From the NCBI GenBank assembly GCA_038204425.1, contig JBBRCZ010000003.1, positions 64,001-128,000 on the forward strand: a stretch of DNA of 64,000 nucleotides. The letters are read 5' to 3'. The DNA is from Spirochaetia bacterium (GTDB lineage: Bacteria; Spirochaetota; Spirochaetia; DSM-27196; Salinispiraceae). The notes under the pieces were generated by a model. The model saw nothing but the letters and a program-made list of their open reading frames with translations. It had not been told where the DNA came from and made no database searches. A program made the position numbers and the translations under genes. Below are positions 58,001 to 64,000 of the stretch, one piece after another; the first letter of the stretch is position 1; each line of letters begins with the position of its first letter.

Positions 58001-59501
58001 TCTCGACTTGCAAAAGCCCTTGCCATTTTCTGCTCGCATCGAAGGTAGCCTAAAGGATGGCTACGTCGAGGCCAATATTCAGAACCTTGTCGTCGACATG
58101 AGCTTGAGCAAATTGCTGCCTTTTTCTGAAGCCTTTTGGCTAAGCAAGGGAACTCTAAGCGGATCGTTGCGCATGGTAGGAAACATTAATAATCCTGGCT
58201 TTTATGGAAACGTTAAAATCGAAAATGCAACTGCCCAGGTGGCGCAAGTGCCAGAACCACTTTTTTTTGAGCGGGCCTATGCAGTTTTTGAAGATCGAAG
58301 TATCCGTGTACTCCCGTTTTCGGTCAGTCAGGACAAGTCAATAGCGCGAGTAGAAGTCAAACTGCAACTTGACAACTGGCAAGCCCCGTTAACGGTGGTA
58401 GAGGTCTCCACCGAAAGTCAGCCTGGTGTGCGAGTCAAAGCTGAATTTCCCAATATTTCTATAGACGGTTACGCACAAGGGAACCTTAAACTAATCTTTT
58501 TCCCGTACAAAATGGAAATTACAGGCAGTCTGGTGGCCGAGGAAACTACCATTAGTCTTGCTCCAAATCAAATTGCCAATCAGTCTCAGCTTGAGTCTAG
58601 TTCTGACTCCACTGAATACTTTACCTTTGTGGATCTCTCGCTTGTTACTAGCAAAGGTGTTGAATTTATATGGCCAAATAGATCGTTACCTGTTCTGACT
58701 ACTTTTCTCGACATCGGACAAAAAATGCGCCTAATCTATGATGATGCGAGTGGATTATTTTCATTCAAAGGCCAAGTTAAAGGTAAGGGCGGAGAAATCA
58801 CTTACCTAAAACGTTCTTTTTACCTAAAAGAGACCTTAATTGATTTTAACGAAAATCAGCTTTCCTTCGATCCTATTGTAAGCTTAAGAGCAGAGCTTCG
58901 TTCCATCTATAACCGCAAACCAGCTAAACTGCTCTTGATTGTTGACCAAAATCGACTTAGTCAGTTGCAACCACGGCTGGAATCTGAGCCAGCATTAGGA
59001 TACAATCAGATAATCTCCTTGTTGACCGGAGGTACCCAAGTTGACGAGACGATTAGTATTGACACCCTAACAGGGGCTTTGCTAGAAACGGCGAGTCAAT
59101 ACGTTTTGATTAAGGAAGTTGAGTCGCGCCTTAGTAAGCTCTTGGGTCTTGACCTTTTTTCTATGAGGACAGGGATCGTCAAGAACGTGATCTATGATAT
59201 TGCAGATCAGTTGTCACCACTTGACAATGGAATTGTTTCACTTGGAAAGTACCTCGATGAGACTAGTTTTTTAGTTGGAAAGTACTTGGGAGAAGATTTG
59301 TATCTAGAAATGGGAGCAGGGTTTCAAAGTGATCAAACAAGCTTTAAACCATGGAATAAAGTGTTAGATATGACCATAAATCTTGAAGCGAGTCTCGAGT
59401 TCAAGACGCCCTATTTTGACTTACTATGGTCTGTAAAACCTCAGGACCTGCAGACCTTGTTTTTGAAGGACCAATCGTTTACCTTTACGTTTCGATTCTG
59501 A
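55089..59501 (+). CDS. tamB: TamB-like translocation/assembly module protein
   Basis: 1470-aa beta-rich protein with an N-terminal anchor and a DUF490-like C-terminus (GKYLGEDLY), directly upstream of bamA. Confidence 0.82.
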   Translation: MRRPSRIKKALPLIVLGLAILSGALLVQPLESLLIARLELIKQNLFSDLEARWGLVVSYEKLDPSLLLGIKIVGLNLRWRDGEDFFSSRDVFLDLDFFQLLLGDPLKAFKAMDLRDAELSMDFENQKEKLLLLGLSLDGDKAAVSNNPDWTAESVLDLLAQTLPTDVDFRLRNFRIKLRSEQGSIRLQIDTAALKNLEDVLNLDFSSDYEVRLADGVFLGQKIAADQALISANLWLKAQFFKDVKRITLELASKRFQTPWFDLRQQSFAMTFTEKGFRIQKKVDEQAFDAFLSFDALKGLVNVSVQAKEWQPSSLLDLKQKTDKNLLELLSSRLDADLNLTWSPSNNALRYDFNAKAAGSLLQLGPSTVELVASGTHESSTISKLELKNSQLALSYKGLYAFKDHSLNGLLKADYLGLSDFPVRFETQLRGNQYLGYQLLQNSLDLAQQKIVFDETVLISRANQVFLSGRLHPQGDASQQSVVFDLKYNLTNGKFAESSFDVQDWLIDKDDPSIRKALRLVGLADSVIDGEFVPKTVRVSLQARLDQNRPEPIEIDKLELVANGPNISLVISGSWKDQKIALDTLIAELNGIKLKATGNLDFRKNGQLSFGGEFSLNEATNVPITINYSPEGTLELSSEKKLYAFVEFKSGSASGFFQTETFPLQYGGIATGISSNGSFSLASDGNWKVVVRSLDAGTIAFNPLRPDARLRIKANDITLDSRGGKVGTLILQDSFSILSGPVNLTWQGGADNGMQLDGNLESMGSGFLINSRPNKETISIKGSFSSDSTHLAVSVKAMPIQRFLILGIDGLVDLDVNLVQSDGLLLVDGLATLNNAAFNRSEVQGQIPFTFSNQVLTIKDMWVSMDAVRFDMQQFSYDIGGSRLSFAGLLGSESVRSQDRINWQGDLQWKSDAFPQELKGSLLANNLPDYLSPNKQWNFELSTGADGQSISLIDLESGLIRAGIQNNAGFFLDLQKPLPFSARIEGSLKDGYVEANIQNLVVDMSLSKLLPFSEAFWLSKGTLSGSLRMVGNINNPGFYGNVKIENATAQVAQVPEPLFFERAYAVFEDRSIRVLPFSVSQDKSIARVEVKLQLDNWQAPLTVVEVSTESQPGVRVKAEFPNISIDGYAQGNLKLIFFPYKMEITGSLVAEETTISLAPNQIANQSQLESSSDSTEYFTFVDLSLVTSKGVEFIWPNRSLPVLTTFLDIGQKMRLIYDDASGLFSFKGQVKGKGGEITYLKRSFYLKETLIDFNENQLSFDPIVSLRAELRSIYNRKPAKLLLIVDQNRLSQLQPRLESEPALGYNQIISLLTGGTQVDETISIDTLTGALLETASQYVLIKEVESRLSKLLGLDLFSMRTGIVKNVIYDIADQLSPLDNGIVSLGKYLDETSFLVGKYLGEDLYLEMGAGFQSDQTSFKPWNKVLDMTINLEASLEFKTPYFDLLWSVKPQDLQTLFLKDQSFTFTFRF

Positions 59502-59583
59502 GTAAAAGCAAGGTTTGAATCGGTGGAAGATGCCGCCATCGAGATTATGTTAAAAAACATAATAAAATTCGCAAGGAGTTTCT

Positions 59584-62190
59584 ATGCGCAAAATTTGCGT
59601 TGTCGTGAGTCTTTTTTGTTTTATCTCTTTTCTTGGCGCGCAAGAAACCGACTGGTTTATGGGAAAACCAATTGCTGACATCACTTTCCAGGGGCTTTCC
59701 CGAGTCAAAAAGGCCGACCTCGAGTCGCTCATTACGCCCTTTTTGGGAAAAACATTTAATGAAGTTTTGTTAAGTGATCTCAAACGTCGCTTATATGCCT
59801 TAGAACAATTTGATTATGTAGAGGAGTCTTTTGTCGCCTCGCCGAGCGACGCGCAGAAATTGATAGTTAGATTTAAGGTAATAGAAAGACCGCAAATTGG
59901 TGAGATTGTCTTCAAAGGCAACGTTAACAACCGAAGTGCCGAGTTACTGTCAGAAATTACTCTAAAAGTTGGTCAGGCCGTCTCAAAGGCAATCGCTGCC
60001 AGCGACGAAGCGGCACTACTTAAGTTTTACCTCAAAAACGGCTTTAGTAAGGCTAGAGTATCTTTTGCTGTTGAAAACGACGAAAAAGATCCTAGCTTGC
60101 AGCGCTTGGTTTTTGCTATAGACGAAGGCTTTAAGGCAAGTGTTAGAAAAATAAGCTTTGAAGGAATTCAGTTTGGCAATGAGACTACACTCAAAGGTCT
60201 GATGAAGACCAACGAACAAGCCTTGTTTAGTGCCGGCCTCTACCAAGCAGAAGTTTTGGAACTCGATAGAGAGGGTCTGCTTCGTTACTACCGTGAAAAC
60301 GGTTATATTGATGCCAAAATCGTTGATATCCGCGTTGACACCGAGTCATCAAATGATGATAAAAGGGACTATCTTAGCCTTGTGATTAGTATCGAAGAAG
60401 GTAGGCGTTGGTACTACGGCGGACTAACCATTGTAGGCAATCAAATATTTACAACAGACGAGCTACTCGCTTTGACGCGACTCAAGCCTGGCAGTATTCT
60501 CAACTTTATTCGTTTTCAAGCTGATTACCAAGCCATTACCGACAAGTACTATAAGAACGGCTACATTAACAACGAAATGCGTCTTGTTAATGAAAATCGT
60601 GACGAATCAAGTTCTACGATCAGCTTTACCATAAGCATAATAGAGAAAGGCCGGGCTTATCTAGAAAACATCATTGTCCGTGGTAACACCAAAACCAAGT
60701 CGGATGTAATCTTGAGGGAAATCCCCATTGAGCCAGGTGATGTTTTTTCTTCCTCACGCATTAGTGAAGGGTTTTTGAATCTCACCAACAAACGTTTCTT
60801 TTCTAACATTGTCCCCGAAACCCCAGCTGGTTCTGCCCCAGGTCTTTACGACCTAATCATAAATGTAGCTGAACAAAATACCACCGATGTTCGCCTTGGT
60901 TTTACCATCAGCGGCAGCTCTGACTTTCCGCTGGCCGGAATCTTTAAGTGGAGCGACACCAACTTTCTTGGACTTGGTCAAGAATTTTCACTTGATCTTA
61001 GCGTAGCAGAACAAGAGCAACGAGTTTCGTTTAGCTACGTGGATCCATGGCTTTTTGGCCCAAGATGGTCCGGTGGTCTAAGCTTGGGCTTTAGCCGTAA
61101 TCTAGTAAAGAATGTACTTCAAGACATGGTCGCACCATTTTTTGACAGCAGTGACGATCGCGTGCCTGACCCGTATACCGGTGCCTATGTTTTTAGCAAA
61201 TTGACCACATACAATGGGCTAGACTATGCAGCAGGCGATCCTTTTCCTGGCAATCCAAGTGCAGCTGACATACTTCTTTACTCACTGCAAACTGACTATA
61301 TCTATAACGGCGGCGCACAAGGTATTCCCAGTGAATACACTATGGAGTACGTAAACTGGGATATCAGTCTCGGCCTAAACAGCAGTATCCGTAGACGTAT
61401 TGATCCAGGTTGGGTGTTCTTTGGGTTTGGTCTTAGCTTTAGCTTAAACCTAGTTGAGTACGACGAGCAAAAATATCGCCCCTTGGCGCCGGAAACCAGA
61501 GCCAACCTCAATCAGTTTAAGTTCGAAAACAGGCTGGGCTTTACGGCCGGACTTGATGCACGTGACATAGTTTTTGATCCAGCCAATGGCTACTTTGTTG
61601 AGCAAAAGATTAACCTAACCGGAGGTTTGCTACTTGGAGATCGACACTTCATCAGAACCGATACCAATCTTCAAGCCTATATAACGCTTTGGAACGCGCC
61701 AACTGGTGATGATACGAGCTTTAAGACGGTTTTGGCTCTTAACTCCAGTCTAAGTGTGCTCTTTCCTCAGTTTTGGGCCGCAGAAGGACAAGATACTTTT
61801 CAGGTCGGTAAGAACTTCTTATACACTTCGCCTATGATCATAGGGCGCGGATGGCCAAGTCGAACCAATGGTCAAGCCCTCTTTAACAATTGGATAGAGT
61901 TACGAACCCCAATCGTGCCGCAGTTGCTGTCTTTTGATATATTTTTTGATATCGTGCGTTTGACCGAATCGCGTGATACTATTTTTAGTGCGGGCAGCCA
62001 GGGTTGGATTTTTGGTTTTGGTGCTGGTTTGAGACTTACCATTCCATCACTTCCGTTGAGGCTTTATCTGGGCAAACGCTTTGATTTTGACAACGACGGA
62101 AACATTCAATGGCAAAAAGGCAACATAGGCGCCGTTGACAGTGATCCCACTTCTGGGCTCGATCTAATGATAACCTTTTCATTTTTCTGA
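59584..62190 (+). CDS. bamA: Outer membrane protein assembly factor BamA
   Basis: POTRA repeats (GNTKTKSDVILRE), DTNFLGLGQ, GRGW loop-6 motif and C-terminal Phe. Confidence 0.95.
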   Translation: MRKICVVVSLFCFISFLGAQETDWFMGKPIADITFQGLSRVKKADLESLITPFLGKTFNEVLLSDLKRRLYALEQFDYVEESFVASPSDAQKLIVRFKVIERPQIGEIVFKGNVNNRSAELLSEITLKVGQAVSKAIAASDEAALLKFYLKNGFSKARVSFAVENDEKDPSLQRLVFAIDEGFKASVRKISFEGIQFGNETTLKGLMKTNEQALFSAGLYQAEVLELDREGLLRYYRENGYIDAKIVDIRVDTESSNDDKRDYLSLVISIEEGRRWYYGGLTIVGNQIFTTDELLALTRLKPGSILNFIRFQADYQAITDKYYKNGYINNEMRLVNENRDESSSTISFTISIIEKGRAYLENIIVRGNTKTKSDVILREIPIEPGDVFSSSRISEGFLNLTNKRFFSNIVPETPAGSAPGLYDLIINVAEQNTTDVRLGFTISGSSDFPLAGIFKWSDTNFLGLGQEFSLDLSVAEQEQRVSFSYVDPWLFGPRWSGGLSLGFSRNLVKNVLQDMVAPFFDSSDDRVPDPYTGAYVFSKLTTYNGLDYAAGDPFPGNPSAADILLYSLQTDYIYNGGAQGIPSEYTMEYVNWDISLGLNSSIRRRIDPGWVFFGFGLSFSLNLVEYDEQKYRPLAPETRANLNQFKFENRLGFTAGLDARDIVFDPANGYFVEQKINLTGGLLLGDRHFIRTDTNLQAYITLWNAPTGDDTSFKTVLALNSSLSVLFPQFWAAEGQDTFQVGKNFLYTSPMIIGRGWPSRTNGQALFNNWIELRTPIVPQLLSFDIFFDIVRLTESRDTIFSAGSQGWIFGFGAGLRLTIPSLPLRLYLGKRFDFDNDGNIQWQKGNIGAVDSDPTSGLDLMITFSFF

Positions 62191-62210
62191 TTTTGGAGTA
62201 GAAATTAGCT

Positions 62211-62741
62211 ATGAAACAAGTAATTTGGCTTAGCGCCCTTTTTGTGGCGATTGTGGTTCTGGTTTCCGCTACCGCAACCCAGTTAACAACCGTTGCGATA
62301 GTAAATGTCGCAAGAATCTACACAACCTTCTTTTCAGAGTCCCAACAAGTGAGGGACTTTGAAAAGACCAAAAAGGTATTTCAGGACGAACTTAACAGTC
62401 ATCAAGATAAGTTGCGCCAGCTTCAGGAGCAACGTTTGACCGCCTTGGCTGCCAAGCGTAACAACGAAGTGCTTACCATTGAGAAAGAAATGTTAGAGCT
62501 GCAGCAGTTTATCAACGACTATCGTCGCCTCAAGCAAGCGCAACTCAAGGATATCGAAACTGCACTCAGGTCTGGGGATCAGTTTATGCAAGAACTAGCC
62601 GTTGCCATCAAGTACACGGCCGAGAGCGAAGGTTATACGGTTGTTTTAGATAAGGATGATCCCAGCCTTCGTTTTTGGAGTCCAGAAGTTGACATTACTG
62701 ACAAGGTATTGACCCGCTTGCGGGCTATGGTCGTTAGGTAA
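62211..62741 (+). CDS. skp: OmpH/Skp periplasmic chaperone
   Basis: Signal peptide, coiled coil and AESEGYTVVLD...DITDKV, following bamA. Confidence 0.88.
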   Translation: MKQVIWLSALFVAIVVLVSATATQLTTVAIVNVARIYTTFFSESQQVRDFEKTKKVFQDELNSHQDKLRQLQEQRLTALAAKRNNEVLTIEKEMLELQQFINDYRRLKQAQLKDIETALRSGDQFMQELAVAIKYTAESEGYTVVLDKDDPSLRFWSPEVDITDKVLTRLRAMVVR

Positions 62742-62766
62742 GTGATTGAACAAGTAAACAAGAGTT

Positions 62767-63285
62767 CTAAATAGCAGTTTTTTTGATTGATTCTTCAAGA
62801 GTTTGAACAACTATTTCAAAGCGTTTTCTGTTCTCCTCGCTCAGTTCTGCCAGTGCGCGATGCGCGTCAAGTAGATCACAGGCTTGGTTGTTGCAGAGAT
62901 CTTCAGATCTATCTGATGCAACTTGGGTATCAAATGTCTCTTCACTCACTTCGAATATTTTTTGAAGGCCCATTATGGTTAGCAGCTGACGGCATTCGGG
63001 ACTAGGCTTAACTAGAAATATTGCCAGGTGAGGAATCCTCTTCCAGACGCTAATCATTTGACCCATTACGGTGGAGTCCATGTAACAGCAGTTCTGTAAA
63101 TCTATCTTTATGGTAGCAAATGGTTGTTTAGATTGAAGATTGTCTACCATGGTCAGAAAGTTTTCGCCATGCAAACCGTTCATCTTCTTTGGTGCAACCA
63201 AATACAGGGTCTCATTTTTAATTCCGTACAACATGGTGTCAGTCAATATTACATTCCTTCCACTTGTGGTTTCCGGGTATACCAA
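62767..63285 (-). CDS. STAS-domain anti-sigma-factor antagonist
   Basis: IDLQNCCYMDSTVMG with the phosphorylatable Ser. The start is uncertain. Confidence 0.82.
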   Translation of the reverse strand: MVYPETTSGRNVILTDTMLYGIKNETLYLVAPKKMNGLHGENFLTMVDNLQSKQPFATIKIDLQNCCYMDSTVMGQMISVWKRIPHLAIFLVKPSPECRQLLTIMGLQKIFEVSEETFDTQVASDRSEDLCNNQACDLLDAHRALAELSEENRKRFEIVVQTLEESIKKTAI

Positions 63286-63315
63286 TATTCGCTTAAAATA
63301 CTATAATCACATGAC

Positions 63316-64000
63316 ATGTCTGATACAAGTCCTATGATGCAACAATATGAGGGAATAAAAAAACAGCACAACGATGCGATTCTTTTTTTTAGGCTCGGTG
63401 ACTTCTATGAAATGTTTAAACAGGATGCCTTCGAAGCCAATCGTATTCTTGGTTTAACGCTTACGCAACGTCAGGGCGTGCCAATGTGCGGAATCCCTTT
63501 TCATGCTTCAAAAACTTACATTGCTAAACTGCTTGCCAACGGAAAAAAAATAGCCATTTGTGATCAGGTGGCGCCAAGTCCGCAAAGTAAAGGAATAGCT
63601 GAGCGGCACGTTGTTCAGATTATTACCCCAGGAACGCTAGTCGACGGAGACTATCTTGATTCTGGAGCTTCCAACTATTTGCTATCAATTAGTCGACCCA
63701 ATGATGGTTGTTACGCTTGGGCACTGGCCGAGCTGTCGACAGGAGAGGTAAAACTCAAAGTTAGCAGTCAAGATCTTGCTGTAGACGATTTTTTGACTTT
63801 TTTGGCAAAGTACGCGCCGCGAGAACTCTTGGTTCAAGAAAGTATCGTGCACCAGAGCACCGATTTGGCCCGAGAACTCAAGAACCTTGATGGACTTGTG
63901 CTCAACCGCTTTGGAGATTGGCTCTACGATGTGGAAGAGACGCAGAAGAAAATGCAAGCCCTAATGGGTCTGGTAAGCCTCAAGGGATTTGGCATCCAAG
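63316..64000 (+). CDS. mutS: DNA mismatch repair protein MutS, 5' part (runs off the window end)
   Basis: From ATG 63316 it reads MSDTSPMMQQYEGIKKQHNDAILFFRLGDFYEMF...PMCGIPFH...IITPGT. Confidence 0.96.
   Translation, partial: MSDTSPMMQQYEGIKKQHNDAILFFRLGDFYEMFKQDAFEANRILGLTLTQRQGVPMCGIPFHASKTYIAKLLANGKKIAICDQVAPSPQSKGIAERHVVQIITPGTLVDGDYLDSGASNYLLSISRPNDGCYAWALAELSTGEVKLKVSSQDLAVDDFLTFLAKYAPRELLVQESIVHQSTDLARELKNLDGLVLNRFGDWLYDVEETQKKMQALMGLVSLKGFGIQ

Noticed and set aside
1..64000. CRISPR array, IS elements, rRNA
   Set aside because: I saw no regularly spaced repeats, transposase ORFs or rRNA signatures.

Overview
This is a gene-dense chromosomal window of roughly 45-48% GC (estimated by eye) from a spirochete (order Spirochaetales). 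The assignment rests on gene-order blocks I recall from Borrelia/Treponema: flhO-flgG-flgJ-rpoS-polysaccharide deacetylase-tsaD; SLT-ftsK; smpB-PEGA/FGE protein-lepB-lepB; yebC-ruvCAB-queA; and tmk-tamB-bamA-skp-mutS. It holds about 50 CDSs, mostly housekeeping, plus tRNA-Thr(CGT) and an intact tmRNA (tag ANNNADYALAA). I saw no CRISPR array, transposase or integrase. Highlights: (1) a 174-bp module at the tmRNA 3' end, bounded by a 17-bp duplication of that end, which folds into a multi-hairpin RNA with GGA-loop (CsrA-site-like) hairpins and is followed by a second structured non-coding segment; (2) a Borrelia-type rpoS with a clear sigma-54 (-24/-12) promoter; (3) a membrane Ser/Thr kinase - multi-TM FHA - VWA/FHA operon with a convergent PPP-type phosphoesterase and a nearby canonical FHA protein; (4) repeated leaderless promoter architecture. 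All calls come from reading motifs by eye; no searches were run.
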